Of a stretch of 64,000 nt of DNA, positions 9,598 to 19,709 are shown in pieces. The translations under genes were made by a program, and so were the position numbers. Below the pieces are notes generated by a model. That model was not told the DNA's origin and did no database searches. It worked only from the letters and a program-made list of their open reading frames with translations. Where the stretch lies: the NCBI GenBank assembly GCA_049792755.1, contig JBARBF010000135.1:25415-89414 (forward strand), given 5' to 3'. Source of the DNA: Bacteroidales bacterium (GTDB taxonomy: Bacteria; Bacteroidota; Bacteroidia; Bacteroidales; VadinHA17). Within the stretch, counting starts at the first letter, position 1; the number at the start of each line of letters is the position of its first letter.

Positions 9598-12500
9598 TTA
9601 ATTTTTGTCTTTATAATGAGTGAATTCATACTCTAACTCCGGATCAATATTCTGCTGTTCTGCTTTATTGTTTTTTTCCATTAGTTCTTTATGATGTGCC
9701 TTCAGCCAGGCGAGTTTCTTTTCGCCATAGGAGAACCGTGTAATTAACACATAAAGAACCGGCACAATGAATATGGCAATGCTCGAAGCAGCCAGCATCC
9801 CTCCCAGAACAGTGAATCCTATTGTTTTTCGTGCAACAGCCCCTGCCCCGGTGGCAAATACCAGCGGCATAACACCCAGTATAAATGCCATGGATGTCAT
9901 GATGATAGGTCTTAACCTCAGTCTTACGGCATCCAGCGTGGATTTAATCAATGCCTCACCCCGGTCAACTCTGATTTTTGCAAATTCCACTATGAGGATT
10001 GCATTTTTGGCCGAGAGCCCTATCAGTGTAATAAGGCCTATCTGTGCATATACATTGTTAGTAAGAGGCGGCACGCAAAACAGGATCAAAATAGCGCCAA
10101 ATGCGCTAATAGGCACTGCCAGCAGTACTGAAAATGGCACAGACCAGCTTTCGTACAATGCTGCCAGAAAAAGAAACACAAATGCAATTGAAAAAATAAA
10201 TATATAGAGAGTCATTGTCCCGGCTTTGATCTCTTCATAGCTCAGGCCTGAAAACTCATAGGTATATCCTTTAGGCAAAACCTTTTCAGCTATCGCTTTC
10301 AAAGCTTCAATAGCCTGCCCCGAGCTATAGCCCTGGGGAATTGAACCATCAACCTCTGCAGATCTGAAAATATTGAAATGCTTAATCAGTGATGGTGCTT
10401 CCGTAGTCTTGTAGCTGATCAGTGTACTGAGTGGTAACATCTGTCCCGACTGGTTCCGCACATAGTATTTGTCCATATCTGATATAAGTGCCCTGAATGT
10501 TGTATCAGCCTGTACTACAACATGAAAGGTTCGATTATACATGGTCAGGTTATTTACGAACAGGCTTCCCATATATGCCTGAATGGTTGTAAATACTTCA
10601 GAGATATTGACCCCCATTTTTTCACATTTTTCACGGTCAAGAGTAAGGTCATAACTTGGTGTATGTGCGCTGTAATAGCAAAATGCTGTTGAAATGGCCG
10701 GATTTTTATGAGCTTCGGCAATAAATTTTCTTGTCACTTTCTCAAATGCATGCACATCATCATTTGTATTACCCTGTTCGATCTGCATACTGAATCCCGC
10801 TGCCTGTCCGATTCCACGAATTGGCGGAGGCGGAATAACAACAATATCTGCATTTTTTATACCGGCTGCAAGAATCCGCTGTTTCAGGACATTCATAATG
10901 CCGGGTATTCTCTCCTGCGGTTTAACTCGCTCTTCCCACGGTTTCAGCATGCAAAAGATTGAACCACTGTTGGAAGTGAAGCCGCCGTTAATTATGTTGA
11001 GTCCGGATAAAGCAGAATAATGATTAACTCCGGGAGTGGAACCAATTATTTCCATTAACCGGGCGATAACTTCAACTGACTGGGTTGTGGAAGATGCTTC
11101 AGGTAATTGATATGTAATTAACAGACGACCTTCATCTTCGAATGGAATAAAACCAGTTGGTTTTTTCTTGAACAAAATGATAGCAGCTGCACAAATACAG
11201 ATAAGCAATATGACAACAAATTTTGAAGCTATGATTGCTCGTTTTACACCATTTGCGTACCTGTCAGTCAGGTTTTTGAACCAGACATCGAACAGGTAGA
11301 ATAATCTGGACGGCCATTTTGATTTTTTATTCAGATGAGATGGTTTTAAAAGAAGAGAGCAGAGAGCCGGGGTCAATGACAATGCAACGAAAGCGGATAG
11401 TATAACGGAAATAGCAATGGTTATTGCAAACTGTTGATAGAGACGCCCGACTATACCGGGGATAAAACCTACGGGAACAAATACGGCAGCCAGGATAAGT
11501 GCTATGGCAACCACAGGGCCGGATATATCCTTCATTGCCCTGTACGTTGCTTCTTTGGCGCTAATGTGGTACCTGTCGATATAGTGCTGTACCGCTTCCA
11601 CAACTATAATAGCATCATCCACCACAATACCTATGGCAAGCACAAAGCCGAACATTGTAAGCGTGTTAATCGTAAATCCGAATGGCAGGAAGAAGCAAAA
11701 AGTGCCTAAGATTGAAACAGGAATGGCAAGAATGGGTATTATGGCAGACCTTGGATTTTGCAGAAAGATGAAGACTACAAGTGCAACAAGACTTAATGCT
11801 TTTAGCAATGTTTTCAAGACTTCCCTCATCGACACTTTGATTATGGTAACAGACTCATATGGAACACTGTAATCAACATCAGCTGGGAAAGACTTTTTCA
11901 ATTGCTTTAATGCAGCATACACATTATTTGCCGTTTCAAGAGCATTGCTTCCCGGTGACTGAAATAACATAAGGATTGAAGCTCTCTTTCCATCAACAAA
12001 TGAGTTGCTTGAAAAGGTGAATTTACCGAGTTCAACTCTGGCTACATCTTTAAGATAAACCAGCTCTCCGGTAGAGGGAATGGTTTTAACGACAACTTTT
12101 TCAAAGTCTTTTGCATTTTTAAGCATCCCATTTACAAGAATACCAATTTCAAAAGTCTGGTCACTTTGCTGCGGCGGAGCCCCGGCGGAACCTGCTGCAA
12201 CTTGTACGTTCTGCGCATTAAGTGAGTTAATCACATCCTGGGGTGTCAGACCATGTGATGCCATCTTTTCCGGATTCAGCCAGATACGCATGCTGAACTG
12301 ATCCACACGGGCAGTAATATCCCCTACGCCCGGCACACGAAGAAGGGCGTCATTAATAAATACATTTGTGTAATTGTCGAGGAAAGTTATATTATGGGTT
12401 CCATTGGGTGAGAATACTGTTATCTGCATAAGCATATCAGGGTTTCGTGCGCGTACGGTAAGACCAAGACGACTCACTACCGATGGCAACAAAGGTGCGG

Positions 12501-12843
12501 CAATGCCCACCCTGTTCTGCACATTCAAAGCAGCTATGTGCACATTGGTCCCGACCTGGAAAGTCACGCCCACATTCATCGACCCGGTATTGGTACTTGT
12601 GCTCTGCATATATTCCATTCCGGGCGTACCATTCACCTGTTCTTCAATTGGAGTAGCCACAGTCTGTTCAACCGTCTGAGCATCGGCACCTGTGTATTGT
12701 CCACTTACTGAAACTGCCGGAGGCGAAATATTCGGGTATTGATCTATTGCCAGGTTATTAATACATATAATTCCCGATATCATTAATACTATTGATATTA
12801 CGATAGCAGTAACCGGCCTTTTGATAAAAGTGTTCGCTATCAT
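9598..12843 (-). CDS. RND (HAE1/AcrB-type) efflux permease, downstream paralog
   Basis: 1081 aa, 12-TM architecture. TM4 GIVVDDAIIVVE (proton-relay Asp pair), TM10 GLSAKNAILIVEF, RLRPIIMT. Its start ATG shares one nt with the stop of the upstream paralog (TAATG). Confidence 0.95.
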   Translation of the reverse strand: MIANTFIKRPVTAIVISIVLMISGIICINNLAIDQYPNISPPAVSVSGQYTGADAQTVEQTVATPIEEQVNGTPGMEYMQSTSTNTGSMNVGVTFQVGTNVHIAALNVQNRVGIAAPLLPSVVSRLGLTVRARNPDMLMQITVFSPNGTHNITFLDNYTNVFINDALLRVPGVGDITARVDQFSMRIWLNPEKMASHGLTPQDVINSLNAQNVQVAAGSAGAPPQQSDQTFEIGILVNGMLKNAKDFEKVVVKTIPSTGELVYLKDVARVELGKFTFSSNSFVDGKRASILMLFQSPGSNALETANNVYAALKQLKKSFPADVDYSVPYESVTIIKVSMREVLKTLLKALSLVALVVFIFLQNPRSAIIPILAIPVSILGTFCFFLPFGFTINTLTMFGFVLAIGIVVDDAIIVVEAVQHYIDRYHISAKEATYRAMKDISGPVVAIALILAAVFVPVGFIPGIVGRLYQQFAITIAISVILSAFVALSLTPALCSLLLKPSHLNKKSKWPSRLFYLFDVWFKNLTDRYANGVKRAIIASKFVVILLICICAAAIILFKKKPTGFIPFEDEGRLLITYQLPEASSTTQSVEVIARLMEIIGSTPGVNHYSALSGLNIINGGFTSNSGSIFCMLKPWEERVKPQERIPGIMNVLKQRILAAGIKNADIVVIPPPPIRGIGQAAGFSMQIEQGNTNDDVHAFEKVTRKFIAEAHKNPAISTAFCYYSAHTPSYDLTLDREKCEKMGVNISEVFTTIQAYMGSLFVNNLTMYNRTFHVVVQADTTFRALISDMDKYYVRNQSGQMLPLSTLISYKTTEAPSLIKHFNIFRSAEVDGSIPQGYSSGQAIEALKAIAEKVLPKGYTYEFSGLSYEEIKAGTMTLYIFIFSIAFVFLFLAALYESWSVPFSVLLAVPISAFGAILILFCVPPLTNNVYAQIGLITLIGLSAKNAILIVEFAKIRVDRGEALIKSTLDAVRLRLRPIIMTSMAFILGVMPLVFATGAGAVARKTIGFTVLGGMLAASSIAIFIVPVLYVLITRFSYGEKKLAWLKAHHKELMEKNNKAEQQNIDPELEYEFTHYKDKN

Positions 12844-15800
12844 TACTGGACAGGCTTATTTAAATTACGGGATTTTTGTATCTCGTATTCTAATTCAGCA
12901 TCAATATTTTGCTGTTCTACTTTCTGAGCTTTCTCCATCAGCTCTTCATGATGAGCCAGAAGATAATCTAGTCTTTTTTTGCCATACGACAATCGTGTAA
13001 TAATTACGAAAAGCACAGGTACCATAAATATGGCTATTGAAGTAGCAGCTAGCATGCCGCTGATAACAGTAAACCCGATGGTTCTGCGTGCAATGGCCCC
13101 GGCACCCGTGGCAAAAACAAGTGGCAGCACTCCTAAAATAAAAGCCATCGAAGTCATAACTATTGGTCGCAAACGCAGCTTTACTGCTTCGAGAACAGAT
13201 TTTAAAAGCTCCTCTCCGCGGTCAACGCGTACCTTTGCAAATTCAACTATCAGGATTGCATTTTTGGCTGCAAGTCCGATCAGTGTTACAAGACCGATCT
13301 GTGCATAAACATTGTTTGTGATTCCGGGCAGGAAGCTAAGCATAAGAATTGATCCAAATGCACCAATAGGTACCGCAAGTAAGACAGAAAAAGGCACTGA
13401 CCAGCTTTCGTACAATGCTGCCAGGAAAAGGAAAACAAAGGTAATTGAGAATATAAAGATATAAATGGTCGTTGAACCTGCCTTTAGTTCTTCATAGCTA
13501 AGACCTGAAAACTCATATCCATACCCCTGAGGCAAAGTTTTATCAGCTATCCTTTTCAGGGCTGCGAGTGTCTGAGAGCTGCTGAATCCTGCGGCTGAGG
13601 CTCCGTCTATTTCTGCAGAACGGAAAATATTAAAATGAGATATAAGTGGTGCGGCCTCTGTCGGCTTATAACTTATAAGTGTTCCAAGCGGGAGCATTTC
13701 ACCGGCCTGGTTTCGCACATAATATTTGTTCATATCCGATATAAATGCACGATACATCGTATCTGCCTGAATAACAACATGAAATGTGCGGTTATAAGTT
13801 GTGAAATCATTAATATACAGACTCCCCATATAAGCCTGAATGGTCGTAAACACGTCTGCTATATTAACTCCCAGCTTTTCGCATTTTTCCCTGTCTAGTG
13901 TCAGATTGTAATTAGGTGTGCGGGCTGAATAAAAACTGTAGGCATGCGATATTGCGGGATCTTTATTTGCCTGGACTAAAAAGTTGTCTACCAGCTTTTC
14001 GAAGGCATGTATATCGTCATTTGTGTTCTTTTGTTCTATCTGGAAGCTGAAACCGACAGTTGCCCCTACTCCAGGAATAGGAGAGGGCTGAATAACTTCA
14101 ATACTGGCATTTCTTATATTTGCTTCATTAATACTATTTTGCATTACACCAATAATCCCGGGGACCTGTTCACTTGATTTCTTCCGTTCATCCCATGGTT
14201 TAAGCTGGCAATAAATGGTTCCGCAATTGGAATTAGTTGCATTGGTTACGACATTCAGCCCGGATAATGCAGCATAATGTCCGACTCCGGGCGTTGATTC
14301 TATGATTTTCATTAACCTGGTCATTACTTCAACCGATTGGGCAGTTGAGGAAGCCGGAGGTAACTGAAAAGTAACATACAGATTGCCATCATCTTCGGAA
14401 GGAATAAATCCTGTAGACTTGTTTTTAAATAAGAACAGGGTGGCGGTACATATACATAAAAGTAATATTACAACATACCGTGATGCCTTTATACTGCGCT
14501 TTACTCCACCGGAATACTTGTCAGTCACCCTCGCAAACCAGTTATTAAAATAATAGAAAATTATGCCGGCTCTTTTAGAGTTCTTGTACGTATTTGAAGG
14601 TCGCAAGAGCAGGGTGCATAATGCGGGTGTCAGAGATAATGCAATAAAAGCGGACAGTACCACAGAGATGGCAATTGTTATTGCGAATTGCTGATATAAG
14701 CGGCCTACTATACCGGGCATAAAACCGACCGGAACAAATACAGCTGCAAGAATAAGGGCAATGGCTACCACAGGAGCTGATATGTCTTTCATAGCCAGAT
14801 ATGTAGCTTCTTTGGCAGACATATGCCGGTCATCTATATAATGCTGCACTGCTTCCACAACAATAATGGCATCATCAACAACAATACCTATAGCAAGTAC
14901 AAAGCCGAACATGGTGAGAGTATTGATTGTAAACCCCAATGGGATGAAAAAGCAGAATGTACCTAATATGGAAACAGGAATGGCCAGAACAGGAATTAAA
15001 CTCGAACGAAAATTTTGAAGGAATAAAAATACAACCAGAGCCACCAGACCTAAAGTTTTAAGCAAAGTAAAAACCACGTCGTGCATTGAAACTTTTATGA
15101 CTGTGACCGATTCGAATGGAACTTTATAATCGACATCGGTAGGAAATGATTCTTTAAGTCGAGCGAGGACAGAATAAACTCCATTTGCAGTTTCGAGCGC
15201 GTTGCTGCCGGGAGCCTGGTAAATAAGCAGGTAAGATGCCCGTTTACCATCAACAAATGAGTTGCTTGAAAAAGTGAATTTGCCCAGTTCTACCCTTGCA
15301 ACATCTTTAAGGTGCACAAGTTCGCCTGTTGCCGGATTTGTTTTTACAATAATATTTTCAAAATCGGAGACTTTGCTTAATCTTCCGTTTACCAGGATAC
15401 CCAATTCAAATGTTTGAGTCTTCTGCTGCGGTGGCACTCCTGCAGAGCCGGCTGCTACCTGTACATTTTGAGCATTCAGTGAGTTAATAACATCCTGCGG
15501 TGTCAGGCTATAGGAAGCCATTTTCTCAGGATTCATCCAAATCCTCATGCTGAAATCATCGGTAAACCTGTTGATGCTCCCTACTCCCGGAACACGCAGC
15601 AGAGCATCCTGAACAAAAATATTGGTATAATTATCAAGAAATGTGATCGCATGTGTTCCTTTTGGCGCATAGATGGCTACCATCATAAGCATACTTGGAT
15701 TAACGGCTCTAACTGTAAGCCCCAGCCGGCTAACCACTGCCGGCAGAAGAGGTGTTGCAATACTTACACGGTTCTGAACATCAAGCGTCGCAATATCAAT

Positions 15801-16100
15801 ATTGGTTCCGATCTTAAATGTAACGTTCAGCGACATCAAGCCATTGTTGGTACTGTTGCTTTGCATATACTCCATCCCGGGAGTCCCGTTAACCTGTTGT
15901 TCGATTGGAGTGGCAACAGTTTGCTCAACTGTTTGAGCATCTGCCCCGGTAAACTGCCCGTTTACCTGCACTACCGGAGGTGTAATATCAGGATATTGAT
16001 CTATCGGCAAAATCAGGATACAGATTATACCTGTTATCACTAACACGATAGATATAACCATAGCAGTTACAGGCCTTTTTATGAAGGTGTTGGCGATCAT
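12843..16100 (-). CDS. RND (HAE1/AcrB-type) efflux permease, upstream paralog
   Basis: 1085 aa. Same motifs (GIVVDDAIIVVE, GLAAKNAILIVEF, RLRPIVMT). Long blocks identical to the downstream paralog. Confidence 0.95.
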   Translation of the reverse strand: MIANTFIKRPVTAMVISIVLVITGIICILILPIDQYPDITPPVVQVNGQFTGADAQTVEQTVATPIEQQVNGTPGMEYMQSNSTNNGLMSLNVTFKIGTNIDIATLDVQNRVSIATPLLPAVVSRLGLTVRAVNPSMLMMVAIYAPKGTHAITFLDNYTNIFVQDALLRVPGVGSINRFTDDFSMRIWMNPEKMASYSLTPQDVINSLNAQNVQVAAGSAGVPPQQKTQTFELGILVNGRLSKVSDFENIIVKTNPATGELVHLKDVARVELGKFTFSSNSFVDGKRASYLLIYQAPGSNALETANGVYSVLARLKESFPTDVDYKVPFESVTVIKVSMHDVVFTLLKTLGLVALVVFLFLQNFRSSLIPVLAIPVSILGTFCFFIPLGFTINTLTMFGFVLAIGIVVDDAIIVVEAVQHYIDDRHMSAKEATYLAMKDISAPVVAIALILAAVFVPVGFMPGIVGRLYQQFAITIAISVVLSAFIALSLTPALCTLLLRPSNTYKNSKRAGIIFYYFNNWFARVTDKYSGGVKRSIKASRYVVILLLCICTATLFLFKNKSTGFIPSEDDGNLYVTFQLPPASSTAQSVEVMTRLMKIIESTPGVGHYAALSGLNVVTNATNSNCGTIYCQLKPWDERKKSSEQVPGIIGVMQNSINEANIRNASIEVIQPSPIPGVGATVGFSFQIEQKNTNDDIHAFEKLVDNFLVQANKDPAISHAYSFYSARTPNYNLTLDREKCEKLGVNIADVFTTIQAYMGSLYINDFTTYNRTFHVVIQADTMYRAFISDMNKYYVRNQAGEMLPLGTLISYKPTEAAPLISHFNIFRSAEIDGASAAGFSSSQTLAALKRIADKTLPQGYGYEFSGLSYEELKAGSTTIYIFIFSITFVFLFLAALYESWSVPFSVLLAVPIGAFGSILMLSFLPGITNNVYAQIGLVTLIGLAAKNAILIVEFAKVRVDRGEELLKSVLEAVKLRLRPIVMTSMAFILGVLPLVFATGAGAIARRTIGFTVISGMLAATSIAIFMVPVLFVIITRLSYGKKRLDYLLAHHEELMEKAQKVEQQNIDAELEYEIQKSRNLNKPVQ

Positions 16101-16103
16101 CGT

Positions 16104-17318
16104 TTATCGGTGCATATTAGTCTTTCCGGAAGTGGTGTCTTTTCCAGTCCTGTCTGCTGAGCGGGCATTTGAGACTGTTATCTGTGATCCATCGTGAAGG
16201 GACTGGACTCCGTCAACAATAATTTTATCACCTTCCCTTATCCCGCTTTTTATGATAACATTTGCTCCGATTGTGGTCCCTTGTTGTACTTTCTTTTCTG
16301 CTGCAAATAATAATTTTTTCTGTGCAGGATAGTTTTCCCTGACGTCTTCATCTCCCGGCTTTCCCAAAACAGAGTCCTTTGCAACATATACAAAATATTC
16401 TCCCATCTGCTCAACAACAGCTCTGTTTGGTATCAGCAGCTGCGGCGTTGAATCCTGATTATGGACCCTGACAACGCAGCTCATTCCGGCTCTCAAACTG
16501 TATTCAGGATTTGGAAAAACAAGCCTTATCCTTATTGATCCGGTCTGGGGATCTACTGCCCTGTCAATGACGGAAATCTTTCCACCAGAAGGATATACTG
16601 AATTATCTGGTAATATGAGGGTAAAGAGAGAATCAGTGGAATTATATTTGTTTTTTTGAAGATTTTCAAAATACGACAGCTGCTTTTCATTTATTAAGAA
16701 ATCAACCCCGATCGGATCGTCGCTTGAGATTGTGTTTAGTATTGTCTGTCCGGGTGTTGTATAATCTCCGGGTTTAACCTGACTAAAACCGATCGTACCG
16801 TCAAATGGAGCAGTAATAATTGAATAAGTCAGGTTAGTTTTAGAGTTATTGAATGTCTCAGCTGCAGATTTATAGGAATTCTTTGCATTTTCCAGAGTTA
16901 TCATTGCATGATCATAAAGCTGTTTTGCAACCGCCTGATTATTATTCAGGTATTCATAGCGATCAGCATCCTGCTGTGCTTGTTTCAGATTCCCTTCTTC
17001 AACTTTTAAATTGGCAGCGGCTGCATTATAGTTGCTCTCATAGATCCGTCTGTCAATTTCATATAATTTTTCACCCTTTCTTACGTGACTGCCTTCCTTG
17101 AAAAATATTCCGGTTATGTAGCCTTGCACCTGTGAAAGAAGATTAACCTGAAAGAGAGCAACCGTAGTTGAAGTGTATCTGTCGAAATATACAACCGGAC
17201 GGGCTTTTACTGTAACCAGATTAACAGGGATGATCATTGGTGGAGGTGACTTCTTTTGTTTGCATGAAGAGAGAAGCAGGCAACAAATAAATGCAAGGGT
17301 CAGGTTCGATCTGTACAT
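16104..17318 (-). CDS. RND efflux periplasmic adaptor (membrane fusion protein) lipoprotein
   Basis: Lipobox LLLSSC. Lipoyl/barrel-sandwich block VQGYITGIFFKEGSHVRKGEKLYEID, alpha-hairpin region, APFDGTIG. Confidence 0.9.
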   Translation of the reverse strand: MYRSNLTLAFICCLLLSSCKQKKSPPPMIIPVNLVTVKARPVVYFDRYTSTTVALFQVNLLSQVQGYITGIFFKEGSHVRKGEKLYEIDRRIYESNYNAAAANLKVEEGNLKQAQQDADRYEYLNNNQAVAKQLYDHAMITLENAKNSYKSAAETFNNSKTNLTYSIITAPFDGTIGFSQVKPGDYTTPGQTILNTISSDDPIGVDFLINEKQLSYFENLQKNKYNSTDSLFTLILPDNSVYPSGGKISVIDRAVDPQTGSIRIRLVFPNPEYSLRAGMSCVVRVHNQDSTPQLLIPNRAVVEQMGEYFVYVAKDSVLGKPGDEDVRENYPAQKKLLFAAEKKVQQGTTIGANVIIKSGIREGDKIIVDGVQSLHDGSQITVSNARSADRTGKDTTSGKTNMHR

Positions 17319-17340
17319 ATGCGGGATTGTTATTAATGAG

Positions 17341-18711
17341 CTATTTATTATATGGAATTATGCCGACTGCTTTTTCCAGATCGATTTTGCTTGACAAAAG
17401 CTGGAATAAAGCGTTTATGTATCCTGTCTCGGCTGATATCAGATTCGATTCAGCCACTAAAATATTCAGGTATGCCACTATGCCCTGTTTATACTGAAGT
17501 GATAATATCCGGAATACATCTTTTGCCCTGGTTTCATTATCTTTCAGGATATGGAGATTATACAGGTTGCTTTTATAACCGGCCAGAGCTGAGGTGTACT
17601 CAGTATATATTTGTGATTTCAATTTACTCACGTCCCAATCTGCGAGCTGTTCCTGCAACTTCGACTTATGAACGCTTTCTATACGTGATAAACCGGTGAA
17701 CAACGGGAAACTAAATGTTAACCCGATGTAGGAATACGGATATGCGGAATTAAAAAGGGCGGAAGCTGTATTATTTTCATATTCATAATAATAATTATAA
17801 ATGGCAGATAAGGTTGGCAGGAATGAAAGTTTATCATAGTTTGTCTGCTGATGCAGCAATTTTTTCAAAGTCTGAAGTTGCTGATATTCGATACGTTTTT
17901 CATATTGTAAAAGCTGTGTGGTATCGAACGCTATTTCCTGCATCATCTGAACAGTATCAAATGCTATATTGAACTGCTGCTCTGCAGGATAACCCATTGT
18001 TTGCTTTAAAACAGCATAAGCCGGAACTATGCTTTCATTCTGCTGCTTAAGTTGTGCTTTTGAATTATTAAGCGTGATAATTGCTTGTTCATAATCAGTT
18101 ACATCTGCAATGCCTCCCACATATTGATGGTAAGCATCCAGAACGCTTCTGCCCAGACGGGCAGTATCTTCCTTCAAAACATTTATTTGTTCAAGCGTAA
18201 ACAGAAGATTATAAAAGGATTTGCTCACACTTGATACAATATTTATTTTGGCGCTGTCAGTCACCTGTTCTGCCTGCTGTACATATAATGGCGCTTTCCT
18301 GGCAGAGTACACAAGTTGCGGGTTAAATATTGTCTGCGAAGCAGATAACACCGGGACAAAACTATTGGACACACCGGTATGTGTCTGAACTGGCGGCCCG
18401 CCGGGAACTGTTTGATTAGGAACAAATGATGTTGGCAATTGATTGTAATGTAACAGGTTTCCGGAAAGATTTACCTGTGGCAACCAGCCTGAAAGGTTAA
18501 TTCGATTAGTGATTTTAGCAATATTCAGATTTATTAAAGACTGATTAAGTGCAGGCTGGTGTTGAAAAGCAAAATCGATGCATTGTGCAAGCGTGAAAGT
18601 CTGCAGAGAGTCTGATTTATTGTTTTTTTGTGAATAGGAACAAGTTGAAATATTTAAAATGACGGAAATGAAAAAAATAAGCGGCTTTGTCCTATACATG
18701 GTAATCATCAT
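17341..18711 (-). CDS. TolC-family outer membrane efflux protein
   Basis: Signal peptide. N-terminal FTLAQCIDFAFQHQPALNQ. Two-repeat OEP architecture. First gene of the RND operon. Confidence 0.88.
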   Translation of the reverse strand: MMITMYRTKPLIFFISVILNISTCSYSQKNNKSDSLQTFTLAQCIDFAFQHQPALNQSLINLNIAKITNRINLSGWLPQVNLSGNLLHYNQLPTSFVPNQTVPGGPPVQTHTGVSNSFVPVLSASQTIFNPQLVYSARKAPLYVQQAEQVTDSAKINIVSSVSKSFYNLLFTLEQINVLKEDTARLGRSVLDAYHQYVGGIADVTDYEQAIITLNNSKAQLKQQNESIVPAYAVLKQTMGYPAEQQFNIAFDTVQMMQEIAFDTTQLLQYEKRIEYQQLQTLKKLLHQQTNYDKLSFLPTLSAIYNYYYEYENNTASALFNSAYPYSYIGLTFSFPLFTGLSRIESVHKSKLQEQLADWDVSKLKSQIYTEYTSALAGYKSNLYNLHILKDNETRAKDVFRILSLQYKQGIVAYLNILVAESNLISAETGYINALFQLLSSKIDLEKAVGIIPYNK

Positions 18712-18960
18712 AATAAATTAAAACAATAAAAGCATTATTAAGTTCGAATCAGGAATATAAGAGAATAATCAATAAAAATCATCATTCCTTTTTATAATAT
18801 TTCTCACATTTAGTGCTATTCTGGTAAAGTGAATCATTTCATTGAGTGGATAACTTAGAGGGGCGCTACTTAAGAGTTTAATACTTTTTTTGTACTGTTA
18901 GATCTTAAACAAATACAAATTTAATTTGTTTAATTAAAAACAGACAAATATATAACTATC

Positions 18961-19602
18961 ATGAAAACAATTAAAAAATCAGGGATTACCTTTATAACTA
19001 TGATCTTTATTACTGCTTTAGCCAGTGTTTATTCTACTTCACTGCAGGCTCAGGGGAGACAATATACAAATCCGGTCTGGGCACCTGCCTATTTCGCGGG
19101 AGTGAGATATTATTATATTCCGGATATCGAAACATTCTATGATTTGGAAAACCAGGATTTTGTTTACCTCGATGATGGACAATGGCAATTCTCAGATGGA
19201 TTGCCCCCCATCTATAGCGGATTTGATCTGTATAATGCATATGTTGTGGCATTGGATCTGAATGTTTTCCAACCCTGGATGCATTTTCACCTTTATGTTT
19301 CAAATTATCCCAGATACTATTACCGAAACCTTTATAACAAGACTGATATAGCAAATATCAGAGGATTCAACGAAAATCAACGGAAACCATTCTACTGGAC
19401 ACCGGAAGCCAAAACCAGGTTAACAGAAGCACATAAAACGAATGCGGCAGTACAAAAAACCCGTACAACAAGACCTGCTCAAAATATAAACTACTATGGG
19501 AAAAACATCGGACAACCTGTAAGAGTCCGGTCACAAATGAGAGAAAATACACAGGCAGGACATGTTAAAGGTAATACACAGGGAGGATATGAAAAACGTT
19601 AG
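18961..19602 (+). CDS. Secreted hypothetical protein, Tyr/aromatic-rich
   Basis: Signal peptide ...TALASVYSTSLQA. No recognised catalytic motif. Confidence 0.55.
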   Translation: MKTIKKSGITFITMIFITALASVYSTSLQAQGRQYTNPVWAPAYFAGVRYYYIPDIETFYDLENQDFVYLDDGQWQFSDGLPPIYSGFDLYNAYVVALDLNVFQPWMHFHLYVSNYPRYYYRNLYNKTDIANIRGFNENQRKPFYWTPEAKTRLTEAHKTNAAVQKTRTTRPAQNINYYGKNIGQPVRVRSQMRENTQAGHVKGNTQGGYEKR

Positions 19603-19634
19603 TTAATACTTTGACTATAAAAGTATAATAAAAT

Positions 19635-19677
19635 GATAATGCCTTATGAGGAAATCCTGATAAGGCATTATCTTTTT
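19635..19677. terminator. Rho-independent terminator between convergent genes
   Basis: Perfect 12-bp stem, gataatgcctta (19635-19646) with taaggcattatc (19661-19672), followed by ttttt (19673-19677). Confidence 0.8.
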
Positions 19678-19709
19678 CCTATTCATTTGCGTTAACTCAG
19701 AGCAAGTTT

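Noticed and set aside
9767-10207. 146-aa plus-strand ORF, and similar ORFs at 10708-10962, 11434-11872, 12080-12679, 12979-13308, 13635-13898 and 15651-16043
   Set aside because: All are nested antisense inside the two RND permease genes, whose own frames carry unambiguous family motifs. The antisense products are low-complexity with no motifs.
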